This document shows positions 20,096 to 29,543 of a stretch of 57,196 bases of DNA, piece by piece. Made by a program: the position numbers and the translations under genes. Source of the stretch: Acetobacteraceae bacterium (GTDB lineage: Bacteria > Pseudomonadota > Alphaproteobacteria > Acetobacterales > Acetobacteraceae); contig JANWXJ010000255.1 in assembly GCA_025055335.1 (NCBI GenBank), forward strand, positions 1 to 57,196. Direction: 5' to 3'. The notes under the pieces are model-generated. The model searched no databases. It saw nothing but the letters and a program-made list of their open reading frames with translations, and was not told the DNA's origin. The first letter of the stretch is position 1; the number at the start of each line of letters is the position of its first letter.

Positions 20096-20476
20096 TCAGT
20101 CCTTGCCGCCGAGCTCGGCGGCGATGGCGGCTTCCATCTCCTCGGGCGTCAGGCCCTCGGCGGCGCCTTCCTCGGCGACATCCATGACGCCGAAGATGTT
20201 CTCGTCGGTGGCGATCAGGTCGATCACCTCCTCCTCGACCGGCTCCGGCTCCGGCGCGCGCAGCTGCGCCTTGATCAGGTCGGCCTCGAGCGCGGCGAGA
20301 TCCACCGTGCCTTCGGCGATCTCGCGCAGGGCGACGACCGGGTTCTTGTCGTTGTCCCGCTCGACCGTGAGTTCCTCGCCGCGGCTGATGTTGCGCGCGC
20401 GCTGGGCGGCGAGCAGCACGAGCTCGAAGCGGTTCGGAACCCGGAGGATGCAGTCTTCGACCGTGACGCGGGCCAT
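20096..20476 (-). CDS. rpoZ: DNA-directed RNA polymerase subunit omega
   Basis: [28 protein letters not shown], with the acidic C-terminal extension common in alphaproteobacteria. Confidence 0.93.
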   Translation of the reverse strand: MARVTVEDCILRVPNRFELVLLAAQRARNISRGEELTVERDNDKNPVVALREIAEGTVDLAALEADLIKAQLRAPEPEPVEEEVIDLIATDENIFGVMDVAEEGAAEGLTPEEMEAAIAAELGGKD

Positions 20477-20592
20477 GGCAATCCTGTGCGATGCGGCGGA
20501 ACCCGTCAGATAGCCACGGGGGGCCGTTTCCGCAAGTGCGAAGCGCCCCGCCCCCCTTGCGCCGCAGGCGGGGCCGTCGCACCTCCCGCGGC

Positions 20593-21489
20593 ATGGACGA
20601 CACGCCCCTGCTTGTTCAGCCCGACCCGGCCGACCCGCGCCTGACCCGGCGCGTGACCGGGATGGACCAGTCCGGACAGCCTGTCGAGTCGAGCGTGACG
20701 GTCGAGCGCCCCCTCACCCTCTACCTCAACGGGCAGGAGATCGTCACCATGATGACGATCCTGGACCGCCCCGAGGATCTCGCCCTCGGCTACCTGCTGA
20801 ACCAGGGGATGCTGCCTTCGGCGGATGGTGTCACGGGGATCGACTACGACGAGGATCTCGGCGTCGTCGTCGTCCGCACCCGGGAGAGGACGGACTTCGA
20901 ACAGAAGCTGAAGAAGAAGACGCTCACCTCCGGCTGCGCCCAGGGCACCGCCTTCGGCGACCTGATGGAGGGCTTCGCCCAGGTCCGCCTCAACCCCGAG
21001 GCGGTGATCCGCACCTCCTGGCTGTACCGCCTGCTGCACCGGATCAACACCCTTCCCAGCCTCTATCTCGAGGCCGGGGCGATCCATGGCTGCGCGCTGT
21101 GCGAGGGGGATCGCCCCCTCGTCTACATGGAGGATGTCGGCCGCCACAACGCGGTGGACAAGATCGCCGGCTGGATGGCCCGCAACGGCGTGCGGGGAGA
21201 CGACAAGATCTTCTACACCACCGGCCGGCTCACCTCGGAGATGGTGATCAAGACGGTGCGCATGGGCATCCCCATCCTCGTCTCGCGCTCGGGCTTCACC
21301 GCCTGGGGCGTGGATCTCGCCCGCGAGGCGAACCTGACGCTGATCGGCCGCTGCAAGGGCAAGCGCTTCCTTGCGCTGGCGGGCGAGGGGCGGATCGTGT
21401 TCGACGCCGACCTCTCCTATGTGCCCGAGGAATCCGCGAAGCACTGGCGGAAGAACAGCCGCGAGGCGGAAGCCGCCGATGCGGGCTGA
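20593..21489 (+). CDS. fdhD: Formate dehydrogenase accessory sulfurtransferase FdhD
   Basis: SGCAQGT cysteine loop, [16 protein letters not shown] motifs. ATG 20593 chosen inside track ORF 20491..21489. Confidence 0.9.
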   Translation: MDDTPLLVQPDPADPRLTRRVTGMDQSGQPVESSVTVERPLTLYLNGQEIVTMMTILDRPEDLALGYLLNQGMLPSADGVTGIDYDEDLGVVVVRTRERTDFEQKLKKKTLTSGCAQGTAFGDLMEGFAQVRLNPEAVIRTSWLYRLLHRINTLPSLYLEAGAIHGCALCEGDRPLVYMEDVGRHNAVDKIAGWMARNGVRGDDKIFYTTGRLTSEMVIKTVRMGIPILVSRSGFTAWGVDLAREANLTLIGRCKGKRFLALAGEGRIVFDADLSYVPEESAKHWRKNSREAEAADAG

Positions 21490-22138
21490 CACGCTCGGGC
21501 TCATCCTCGCCGGCGGCCTCGCCCGGCGCATGGGCGGGGGCGACAAGCCGCTGCGCGAGGCAGGCGGGCGGCCGCTGCTTGCGCATCTGATCGAGCGCCT
21601 CGCGCCGCAGGTGAACGGGCTGCTGCTGAATGCGAACGGCGACCCCGCCCGGTTTTCCGCCTTCGGCCTGCCGGTCGCGCCGGACGGCATCGCGGGCTTC
21701 CCGGGGCCGCTCGCCGGGGTGCTGGCGGGGCTGGATTGGGCGGCCGCCCACCGGCCCGACTGCCCCTGGGTCGTCTCCTGCCCAGGCGACACCCCCTTCC
21801 CGCCCGCCGACCTTGTGGCGCGCCTCCACGCCGCGCGCGAAGCGGCGGGCGTGCCGCTGGCCTGCGCGGCCTCGGGCGGGCAGACGCATCCGCCGGTCGG
21901 CCTGTGGCCGGTCGCGCTGCGCGAGGCGCTGCGCGCGGCCCTGCTGGCGGGCGAGCGGAAGATCGACCGCTGGACCGCCGCGCATGGCTGCGCCGTGGCG
22001 GAATGGCCCGCCGCGCCCACCGATCCGTTCTTCAACGCGAACACGCCCGAGGATGTCGCGGAAGCATCCCGCATCTTGCAAGCGGCGGGGAATCCGGGCG
22101 AAATCCGGCCATCCGAACCGGGAGGAGTTGCGCCATGA
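21479..22138 (+). CDS. mobA: Molybdenum cofactor guanylyltransferase
   Basis: [19 protein letters not shown]-terminus and DTPF motif. ATG 21479 overlaps the fdhD 3' end by 11 nt. The upstream part of track ORF 21371.. is junk. Confidence 0.88.
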   Translation: MRADTLGLILAGGLARRMGGGDKPLREAGGRPLLAHLIERLAPQVNGLLLNANGDPARFSAFGLPVAPDGIAGFPGPLAGVLAGLDWAAAHRPDCPWVVSCPGDTPFPPADLVARLHAAREAAGVPLACAASGGQTHPPVGLWPVALREALRAALLAGERKIDRWTAAHGCAVAEWPAAPTDPFFNANTPEDVAEASRILQAAGNPGEIRPSEPGGVAP

Positions 22139-22260
22139 AGTCCGTTCTGCTTGGCTTCGGCATCAGCGTCGTAATCGCCATCGGCGCGTGGTTCTACCTC
22201 GAGAACAACCTGCAGAAGACGGCGGAGACCGCCTTCGCCACCACCGGCGTCCGCCTCTGA
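22135..22260 (+). CDS. Small (41-aa) single-TM membrane protein, function unknown
   Basis: [45 protein letters not shown] overlap with the mobA stop (22135-22138). GGAGGA at 22121-22126. Third codon positions are mostly G/C, as in the real genes here. Confidence 0.55.
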   Translation: MKSVLLGFGISVVIAIGAWFYLENNLQKTAETAFATTGVRL

Positions 22261-22273
22261 CCGGCGCCACCCG

Positions 22274-22308
22274 TCCGCCCCGCGGGACCGCCCGGCCCAC
22301 GGGGCGGA
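22274..22308. terminator. GC-rich hairpin between convergent genes (possible bidirectional terminator)
   Basis: TCCGCCCCG (22274-22282) pairs with CGGGGCGGA (22300-22308) around a 17-nt loop. No clean U-run, so this is a weak call. Confidence 0.25.
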
Positions 22309-22314
22309 AATGCC

Positions 22315-23562
22315 CTACAGCACCGCCTCGAACGGCAGCACCCGCAGCGGGTCGCCCGGCGCGACGGCGGTGGCGGTCTCCGGCAACTCGGCGAAGCCGT
22401 CGGTCTCGGTGAGCGAGGTCAGCAGCCCCGCCCCCTCCCGCCCGAACTTGCGGGCGACCAGCCCAGCTCCACTCTCCGCCAGCGACACACGCACATATTC
22501 CCGCCGCCCAGCCTTCTTGCGGTAGGCGAAATCCGCCACCGCCGGCACCCGCAGCAGGGGCTTCGCCCGCGCCCCGGCCAGCCGCAGCAGGAGCGGCCGC
22601 GCAAGATGCAGGAAGGTTACGAAGGCTGCCACCGGATTGCCCGGCAGCCCGACCACCGGCACGCCGCGCACCACCCCCATCGCAGCAGGCCGCCCTGGCT
22701 TCACCGCGAGCCGCCAGAACACCAGCCGCCCGCCGGCCTCGATCGCGGCGCGGACATGGTCCTCCTCGCCGGTCGAGACTCCCCCGGTCGTCAGCAGCAG
22801 ATCGTGGCCGGCGGCGGCCTCGGCCAGCGCCGCGGCCGTCCTGTCCCGCCGGTCCGGCAGGATGCCGAGATCCCGCGCCTCGGCGGGCAGGCGAGTCAGC
22901 AGGGCGAGCAGCGCGAAGCGGTTGGCGTCGTAGGTCTGCGCCGGGCCGAGCGGCGCGCCGGGCGAGGCAAGCTCGTCCCCGGTCGAGAACACCCCGACAC
23001 GCACCCGGCGGCTCACCGGCAGCGCCGGCAGCCCGAGCGCCGCGGCGAGGCCGATCTCCGCCGGGCCGAGAACGGTGCCCGCCGCCAGCGCCACCGCCCC
23101 GCGCGCCACGTCCTCCCCGGCCGGCCGGCAGTTGGCGCCGCGCTTCAGCCCGGGCGGCAGGATCACGGCATCCCCCTCGGTCCGCACATCCTCCTGCATC
23201 ATCACCGTGTCGGCGCCCTCCGGCATCGGCGCACCGGTGAACACCCGCATGGCCGAACCGCGCGGGAGGGCTGGCGGCACCGCCCCGGCCGGGGCGCGGC
23301 CGATGACGGGCAGCCGCGTCTCGGCATCCGGTGAGAGGTCGGCGTGGCGGATGGCGTAGCCATCCACCGCGCTGTTGAAGAAGGGCGGCAGCGGCAGCGG
23401 CGCGACGAGATCCGCGGCCAGCACCCGCCCGCGCGCGGCGGCGAGCGGCACCGTCTCGACGCCCCCGAGAGGCGGCACGCGCTCGGCGATCAGCGCCGCC
23501 GCCGCCTCCACCGACAGCAGCGGGCCGCCGAAGGCGAAACAGTCGTCGGAAAGCTGCGCCAT
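22315..23562 (-). CDS. moeA: Molybdopterin molybdotransferase
   Basis: 415-aa full-length MoeA pattern (SAVDGYAIR, FTGAPMPEGADTV, TTGGVSTGEEDH, PGNPVAA). Confidence 0.9.
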   Translation of the reverse strand: MAQLSDDCFAFGGPLLSVEAAAALIAERVPPLGGVETVPLAAARGRVLAADLVAPLPLPPFFNSAVDGYAIRHADLSPDAETRLPVIGRAPAGAVPPALPRGSAMRVFTGAPMPEGADTVMMQEDVRTEGDAVILPPGLKRGANCRPAGEDVARGAVALAAGTVLGPAEIGLAAALGLPALPVSRRVRVGVFSTGDELASPGAPLGPAQTYDANRFALLALLTRLPAEARDLGILPDRRDRTAAALAEAAAGHDLLLTTGGVSTGEEDHVRAAIEAGGRLVFWRLAVKPGRPAAMGVVRGVPVVGLPGNPVAAFVTFLHLARPLLLRLAGARAKPLLRVPAVADFAYRKKAGRREYVRVSLAESGAGLVARKFGREGAGLLTSLTETDGFAELPETATAVAPGDPLRVLPFEAVL

Positions 23563-24104
23563 CAGGCCGACGCCGGCAGCAGCACAGACAGCGGCACGGC
23601 GTGGCGCAGCACGAGGTCGGCGACGCCCTCGATGTCGTCCAGCGCGACATGAGGCAGGTCGCAGGGCGGCGGCACGTCGGCGGCGATGCCGCGCACCAGC
23701 GGATCCTCCGGGAAGCGCCAGGGCTTGCCGTTGGCCGCGCGGTGGATCTCGATCTTCGGGATCGGCTCGCGCTTGAAGCCCTCGACCAGGATGAGATCCA
23801 CCGGATCGAGCCGCGCCAGCATCTCGGCCAGAGTCGGCTCCGGCGCGCCGCGCAGTTCCGTCAGCAGCGCCCAGCGCAGGGCGGAGCCGACGAGCACCTG
23901 CCGGGCGCCGGCGTGCCGGTGCTCGTAGGAGTCCTTGCCGGGGGTGTCGAGGTCGAAGGCGTGGTGCGCATGCTTGATGGTGGAAACGGAAATCCCCCGC
24001 CCGGCCAGGCAGGGGATCAGCCGCTTCACCAGGGTGGTCTTGCCGGCGCCGCTCCAGCCGGCAAGACCGATCACGCGCGTCCCGCCCGTCCTGCGGGCGT
24101 TCAT
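23562..24104 (-). CDS. mobB: Molybdopterin-guanine dinucleotide biosynthesis adapter protein
   Basis: GWSGAGKTTL Walker A, STIKHAHH, LVEGFK. 1-nt TGATG overlap with the moeA start. Confidence 0.9.
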   Translation of the reverse strand: MNARRTGGTRVIGLAGWSGAGKTTLVKRLIPCLAGRGISVSTIKHAHHAFDLDTPGKDSYEHRHAGARQVLVGSALRWALLTELRGAPEPTLAEMLARLDPVDLILVEGFKREPIPKIEIHRAANGKPWRFPEDPLVRGIAADVPPPCDLPHVALDDIEGVADLVLRHAVPLSVLLPASA

Positions 24105-24114
24105 GGCGGCAGGC

Positions 24115-25125
24115 TCAGTCTCCCGCCGCCGCCGCGCCGGCGGGCGGCGCCGAGACGCGGCCGCGCGCCATCTCCTGCTCCACCCACAGGGCGTGGTGCT
24201 CCTTCGCCCAGTTCAGGTCCACCTGGCCGGAACCCATGGCGTCGAAGGCGCCCTCCATGCCGATGGAGCCGATGTAGATGTGGGCCATGATGGCGGCGAT
24301 CATCAGCACCGACAGCAGCCCGTGGACCATATGCGCGAGCTGCTGCCCGGCGATGTCGGTGAAGGCGAAGGGGAACACCAGGATGTAGCCCGAGACCGCG
24401 ACCGCCGCACCGCCCAGCACCGTCAGCCAGAACACCATCTTCTGGCCGCCGTTGAAGCGGCCAGCGGGCGGCGGATGCGCGCCCTTGCCGATCAGGCCGC
24501 CGCCCGCCTTGAACCAGGCGATGTCGCGGCCGTTCGGGATGTTGTCCTTCGCCCAGAGCAGGAACATCAGCACGATGCCGAGCGTGAAGGGGAAGGCGAG
24601 GAAGTTGTGCGCGATCTTGCCCCACAGCGAGAGCGTCGCGAACGCCTCCGGCCCGATCAGCGGCAGGATGAGGAAGCGCCCGAAGGTGAGATTGAGTCCC
24701 GACAGCGCCAGGATGACGAAGGTGGAGGCCGTCATCCAGTGCACGCTGCGGTCGAGCAGGTTGAACCGTTCGATCGTGCGGCCCGACGGCCCGCCCTCGA
24801 TCGGGATGCGCCCGCGCGTCATGTAGAACAGCGCCAGCACCGCGAGCACGCCGAGGATGGCGATGCCGCCCACCCAGGTGAGCGTGGTGTTGTGGAAGTC
24901 CCGCCAGGACTGGCCGGCGGGCTGGATCAGGTTGGCCGCCCGCTCGTCCGGGATGGTGACGCGGCCGGCGATGCGCCCGCCGGTCAGCATCTGCTGCATC
25001 TCGAGCTCGAGCGCACGCGGCGGCACCGGCGCAGGATTGGCAGGCGTACCGACGACGTTCTGCGCCGAGGCCGGCGCCGCGGCGAGGAACGCCGCGGCGA
25101 ACAGGGCAAGGAGGAGGCGGCTCAC
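24115..25125 (-). CDS. Formate dehydrogenase gamma subunit (cytochrome b, membrane anchor)
   Basis: Signal/anchor segment, then four TM helices with conserved His residues (RSVHWMT, KIAHNFL, HMVHGL, MAHIYIG). GTGA overlap with the beta-subunit stop. Confidence 0.85.
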   Translation of the reverse strand: MSRLLLALFAAAFLAAAPASAQNVVGTPANPAPVPPRALELEMQQMLTGGRIAGRVTIPDERAANLIQPAGQSWRDFHNTTLTWVGGIAILGVLAVLALFYMTRGRIPIEGGPSGRTIERFNLLDRSVHWMTASTFVILALSGLNLTFGRFLILPLIGPEAFATLSLWGKIAHNFLAFPFTLGIVLMFLLWAKDNIPNGRDIAWFKAGGGLIGKGAHPPPAGRFNGGQKMVFWLTVLGGAAVAVSGYILVFPFAFTDIAGQQLAHMVHGLLSVLMIAAIMAHIYIGSIGMEGAFDAMGSGQVDLNWAKEHHALWVEQEMARGRVSAPPAGAAAAGD

Positions 25126-25718
25126 GACTGCACCTCAAGGCGATAGGCGGTGCGCCAGCCCCAGGCGCCGGAACCGTAGCCGCGCTGCTGCACGCGCTCG
25201 CGGTAGATCTGCGCGATGATCTGCCCGTCGCCGGCCAGAAGCGCCTTGGTCGAGCACATCTCGGCGCAGAGCGGCAGCTTGCCTTCGGCGAGCCGGTTCG
25301 AGCCGTACTGCGCGTATTCGGCCGCCGTGTTGTCCTGCTGCGGGCCGCCGGCGCAGTAGGTGCACTTGTCCATCTTGCCGCGGCCGCCGAAGTTGCCGAC
25401 GCGCGGATACTGCGGCGCGCCGAAGGGGCAGGCGTAGAAGCAGTAGCCGCAGCCGATGCAGGTGTCCTTGTCGTGCAGCACCACGGCGTCCGCCGTGGTG
25501 TAGAAGCACGACGTCGGGCACACCGCCGCGCAGGGCGCATCCGTGCAGTGCATGCACGCCATCGAGATCGAGCGCTCGCCCGGCTTGCCGTCGTTGATCG
25601 TCACGACGCGCCGGCGGTTGATGCCCCAGGGCACCTCGTGCTCGTTCTTGCAGGCGGTGACGCAGGCGTTGCACTCGATGCAGCGCTCGGCGTCGCAGAG
25701 GAACATCATGCGGGCCAT
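25122..25718 (-). CDS. Formate dehydrogenase beta subunit (four [4Fe-4S] clusters)
   Basis: CIECNACVTACK, CMHCTDAPCAAVCP, CIGCGYCFYACP, CTYC...CAEMC. 198 aa. GGAGGA SD. Confidence 0.9.
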   Translation of the reverse strand: MARMMFLCDAERCIECNACVTACKNEHEVPWGINRRRVVTINDGKPGERSISMACMHCTDAPCAAVCPTSCFYTTADAVVLHDKDTCIGCGYCFYACPFGAPQYPRVGNFGGRGKMDKCTYCAGGPQQDNTAAEYAQYGSNRLAEGKLPLCAEMCSTKALLAGDGQIIAQIYRERVQQRGYGSGAWGWRTAYRLEVQS

Positions 25719-25736
25719 GGTTCTCGTCCTCCCCTA

Positions 25737-28679
25737 TCAGGCCGCGCGGATCTGGCAGAGCGTGACCTTCGTCTCCTGCATGAAGGTCACGGGGTCGTAG
25801 CCGTAGGTGGTGACGGCGTTCACGCTCTCGCCGAGGACGATCGGGTCGGTGCCCTGCGGGTACTTGCGCCGCTGGTCCTCCTGCATGAACCAGCCGGCGA
25901 AGTGGAAGGGCATCCAGGCCACGCCGCGGCCGACGCGTTCCGTCACCAGCGCCTTCACGCGCACCCACTTGTCGCGCGGCATCTCGGGGCCCTGCACCAG
26001 CACCCAGGCGCCGTCGCGGATGTTGCGCGCCGCGGCGTCGGCCGGGTTGATCTCGATGAACATGTCCTGCTGCAGTTCCGCAAGCCACTTGTTGGACCGC
26101 GTCTCCTCGCCGCCGCCCTCGTATTCCACGAGCCGCCCGGAGGAGAGGATGATCGGGTAGTCGCGCGCGATGTTGCGCTCGATCGCCCGCTGCTGCACCG
26201 AGACGCCGAGATGCGGCAGGCGGAAGGCCCGCCGGTCGGGCAGCGTCGGATACTGCGCCACCAGGTCGGTGCGCGGGGTGTAGATCGGCTCGCGGTGCAC
26301 CGGCACCGGATCGGGCAGGTTCCACGCCACCGCGCGGGCCTTGGCGTTGCCGTAGGCCATCACCCCGTGCTCCATCGTCACGCGGATGATGCCCATCGAG
26401 AGGTCGGTGGCCCAGGAGACGTTGCCGCCGATCCGCTCGATCACCTCGCGCTCGGCCGGCGTCAGCTCCTGGTCCCAGCCGAGCCGGCGCATCACTTCCA
26501 TGGTGAACTCCGGATAGCCGGTGGTGAGCTCGGAGCCGCGGCTCGCGGAGCCGTCCGCCAGCAGCGACACGCCGTTGCGCTCGACCCCGAAGCGGGCGCG
26601 GAAGGTGCCGCCGCCCTCCTTCACGTGCAGCGCCGTGTTGTAGAGGATGTGCGTGCCGGGATGCCGCCATTCCGGCTTGCCCCAGCACGGCCAGGGCAGG
26701 CCGTAGTAGTCGCCCCGCACCTCGGGCGGCGCGTCGGGGCCGGCGCGCAGCGTCGTCAGGTCGAAGTGCTGCTGGTTCGCCATGTGCGCCTTCAGGCGCT
26801 CCGGCGAGATACCCGAGTAGCCCGAGGCGATGGCGCCGCGGTTGATCTCGCGCAGGATGCTCTCCGGCGTGGGCTCGCCGTTCACGATCTCGAAGTTCTT
26901 GAACATGTCCGCCTGGAAGCGGATCGGCATGTTCCGCCGCTCGGCGGCGCGATCGAGCGCGCCGGCAAGCTGGTAGATCGCGTAGTAGTCGCTCTTCGAT
27001 TCGAAGATCGGCTCGACGATCTTCGAGCCCCACTGTACCGAGCGGTTGGACGCGGTGCGGCTGCCCGAGCACTCGAACTGTGTGCAGATCGGCAAGAGGT
27101 AGGTGTTCTCCCGCCGGTTGTGCAGCACCGCGAAGGTGGTGGGGTGCGGGTCCGCCACCACCAGGAGATCCAGCGCCTCCAGGCCGCGCACCGCCTCCGG
27201 CATGCGGGTGATGGTGTTGCCGCCGTGGCCGAACACGATCATCGCCTTCAGCCGGTCGCGCTGGGCAAGCCCGGTCTGCGGGTTCACCTCGGCGGTCGCG
27301 GCGTCGAAGTAGCGCGTCGAGGGGATGCCCGGCATGGTCATGAACTGCGGGCTCTCGAACCGCGCGACCATGCTCTCGTAGGAGACGCCCCACACGCGGC
27401 TCCAGTGCCGCCACGCCGTCTCGTCGATGCCGTAGTAGGCCGGCAGGTTCGCCACATCCAGGCCGAAGTCGGTCGCGCCCTGCACGTTGCAGTGGCCGCG
27501 GAAGATGTTGGCGCCGTTGCCGGGGCCCCCGACATTGCCGGTGGCGAGCAGCAGCACGGAGAAGGCCCGCACATTGGCGGTGCCGACCGTCTTCTGGGTG
27601 GCACCCATGCACCACACAAGGGTGGCCGGCTTCTCGGTGGCGAACTTGCGCGCCACCTCGCGCAGCTGCGCCCCGGGCACGCCCGTCACGCGCTCCACCT
27701 CGGCCGGGTTCCACTTCGCCACCTCGGCGCGGATCTCGTCCATGCCGAACACGCGCTGGCGGATGAACTCCCGGTCCTCCCAGCCATTCTCGAAGATGTG
27801 CCAGAGGATGCCCCAGGTCAGCGGGATGTCGGTGCCGGGGCGGAAGCGGATGTAGTCGGTCGCGTGCGCCGCCGTGCGGGTGAAGCGCGGGTCGGCGACG
27901 ATGACGTTGGCGCGGTTCTTCTCCTTGCCCGACAGGATGTGCTGCAGCGACACCGGGTGCGCCTCGGCGGCGTTGCTGCCGATGAACAGCACCGTCTTGG
28001 CGTTGCGGATGTCGTTGTAGGAGTTGGTCTGCGCGCCGTAGCCCCAGGTGTTCGCCACGCCCGCCACGGTGGTGGAGTGGCAGATGCGCGCCTGGTGGTC
28101 CACGCTGTTGGTGCCCCAGAAGGCCGCCAGCTTGCGGAACAGGTAGGCGCCCTCGTTGGAGAACTTGGCGCTGCCGAGGAAATACACCGACTCAGGGCCG
28201 GAGGCCGCGCGCACCGCCATCATGCGGTCGGCGATCTCGTTCAGCGCGGTCTCCCAGCTGATGCGCTGCCAGCGCCCGCCGGCCAGCTTCATCGGGTAGC
28301 GCAGCCGCCGGTCGCCGTGCACCAGTTCGCGCACCGAGGCGCCCTTGGCGCAATGCGTGCCGCGGTTGATCGGGCTCTCCCACGCGGGCTCCTGACCCAC
28401 CCACACGCCGTTCTGCACCTCGGCGATCACGGTGCAGCCGACCGAACAGTGGGTGCAGATGTTCTTGATCCGCTGCACCGGCGCCGCGTGGTTCACCGGC
28501 CCTGCTTCGGCCTGGCGCGCCACCGTCAGCGGCATGGCGCCGAGCGCGGCGAGCCCGGTGGCCCCGAGCCCGGCGTTGCGCAGGAAGGCACGGCGGTCGA
28601 GCCCGCCGGACGAGAGGCCCTGATAGACGGATGCGAGGCGGGCCTTCGCCGCGATCCGGTCGCTGCGCTTGATCAGCAT
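25737..28679 (-). CDS. Formate dehydrogenase alpha subunit, Tat-exported molybdopterin enzyme, Cys-type
   Basis: Twin-arginine signal (DRRAFLRNAGLGATGLAALGA). N-terminal FeS motif CTHCSVGC. ARICHSTTVAG at the position that holds selenocysteine in E. coli FdnG. Uninterrupted 980-aa ORF. GGAGGA SD. Confidence 0.92.
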   Translation of the reverse strand: MLIKRSDRIAAKARLASVYQGLSSGGLDRRAFLRNAGLGATGLAALGAMPLTVARQAEAGPVNHAAPVQRIKNICTHCSVGCTVIAEVQNGVWVGQEPAWESPINRGTHCAKGASVRELVHGDRRLRYPMKLAGGRWQRISWETALNEIADRMMAVRAASGPESVYFLGSAKFSNEGAYLFRKLAAFWGTNSVDHQARICHSTTVAGVANTWGYGAQTNSYNDIRNAKTVLFIGSNAAEAHPVSLQHILSGKEKNRANVIVADPRFTRTAAHATDYIRFRPGTDIPLTWGILWHIFENGWEDREFIRQRVFGMDEIRAEVAKWNPAEVERVTGVPGAQLREVARKFATEKPATLVWCMGATQKTVGTANVRAFSVLLLATGNVGGPGNGANIFRGHCNVQGATDFGLDVANLPAYYGIDETAWRHWSRVWGVSYESMVARFESPQFMTMPGIPSTRYFDAATAEVNPQTGLAQRDRLKAMIVFGHGGNTITRMPEAVRGLEALDLLVVADPHPTTFAVLHNRRENTYLLPICTQFECSGSRTASNRSVQWGSKIVEPIFESKSDYYAIYQLAGALDRAAERRNMPIRFQADMFKNFEIVNGEPTPESILREINRGAIASGYSGISPERLKAHMANQQHFDLTTLRAGPDAPPEVRGDYYGLPWPCWGKPEWRHPGTHILYNTALHVKEGGGTFRARFGVERNGVSLLADGSASRGSELTTGYPEFTMEVMRRLGWDQELTPAEREVIERIGGNVSWATDLSMGIIRVTMEHGVMAYGNAKARAVAWNLPDPVPVHREPIYTPRTDLVAQYPTLPDRRAFRLPHLGVSVQQRAIERNIARDYPIILSSGRLVEYEGGGEETRSNKWLAELQQDMFIEINPADAAARNIRDGAWVLVQGPEMPRDKWVRVKALVTERVGRGVAWMPFHFAGWFMQEDQRRKYPQGTDPIVLGESVNAVTTYGYDPVTFMQETKVTLCQIRAA

Positions 28680-28697
28680 CTTGGTTCCTCCCCGGTC

Positions 28698-28913
28698 TCA
28701 GCCGCCGCGATTGGTGCGGTAGAAGGCCTGCACATGCGGCGAGTTCGGCTGGTAGCGCGCGGCGGTGCGCTCCTGCGCGTTCTCCTTGCGGGCCGGCGGG
28801 CTGGTCTGCGCCGCGGCCGGCGCGACCGCCGCGGCCGCCATGCCGACGCCGAGCCCCAGCGCCTTCAGGAAGCCCCGCCGCTCCTCGCGCCCCGTCTCGT
28901 TCTTCTCGCTCAT
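28698..28913 (-). CDS. Small Tat-signal protein of formate dehydrogenase regions (about 71 aa)
   Basis: MSEKNETGREERRGFLKALGLGVGMAAAAVAPAAAQ..., with a predicted mature part of only about 36 aa. ATG 28913 has GGGAG 8 nt upstream. The track start at 28928 is a GTG inside that SD. Confidence 0.75.
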   Translation of the reverse strand: MSEKNETGREERRGFLKALGLGVGMAAAAVAPAAAQTSPPARKENAQERTAARYQPNSPHVQAFYRTNRGG

Positions 28914-28937
28914 GTTTGTCACTCCCACCTGATGTCT

Positions 28938-29543
28938 TCAGGCCGGCAGCTCCGCCGCCGCCGACTCGATCTCCACCGCCAGCCGCCCGAGCCGGCCGAC
29001 CGCGCGGTAGAACCGCGCCGATTCGGCCGCCTCCAGGTCGGCGAAGAACCGCCCGGCCCATGGCTTCATGTGCCGCGCGAAGAAGGCGCCGGCCTCCGCC
29101 GGCAGCGCCGGGAAGGCGCCCGCCAGCAGCCCGGCGAAGGTCTCGCAGACGAAGGCGATGTGGTCCTCGGGCTCCGAGACGCCGGGTGCGCGCTCGATGC
29201 CGAGCCGCGCCAGATCCCCCCGCAGGTCGGCCAGCGGCCGCTCGTGCAGGAAGCCCGTCAGGTAGTAGGAGGCGAAGGGCAGCAGCTCGCCGCGCCCCAC
29301 ACCGATGAACAGGTCGAAGAACTCGCGGTCGGCGGACTCGGGGTCGGTCGCGCGGGCCGCCTCGGCCAGGGCGGCGAAGGCCTCGCCGAGCGGCCCGCCG
29401 CCGCCGAGCGCGCCGAGCCTCCCGAGCAGCCCGGCATCCGGCGGGCCGGCCAGCAGGCGGCCGAGAAGGGCGAACAGGCGCGCGCGCTCAAGGTCGAGCG
29501 GGTCGACACGCCGTCCTTCCGCAGCCGCAAGCGGGACGTTCAT
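28938..29543 (-). CDS. TorD/DmsD-family redox enzyme maturation chaperone
   Basis: 201 aa. FDLFIGVGRGELLPFASYYLTGFL...PEDHIAFVCETFAGL is the TorD-family core. GGAGGG SD 8 nt upstream. Confidence 0.8.
   Translation of the reverse strand: MNVPLAAAEGRRVDPLDLERARLFALLGRLLAGPPDAGLLGRLGALGGGGPLGEAFAALAEAARATDPESADREFFDLFIGVGRGELLPFASYYLTGFLHERPLADLRGDLARLGIERAPGVSEPEDHIAFVCETFAGLLAGAFPALPAEAGAFFARHMKPWAGRFFADLEAAESARFYRAVGRLGRLAVEIESAAAELPA

Noticed and set aside
17896-20187. 763-aa plus-strand ORF, and 40057..42429 (790 aa, plus strand)
   Set aside because: These are antisense shadows of spoT and of the usp / kinase-fusion genes respectively. They have no motifs and are Arg/Gly-rich.
25737-28679. 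Looked for an in-frame TGA (selenocysteine) and a SECIS-like hairpin in FDH alpha
   Set aside because: The ORF is continuous, and a Cys codon occupies the expected active-site position (ARICHSTT). There is no evidence for Sec.
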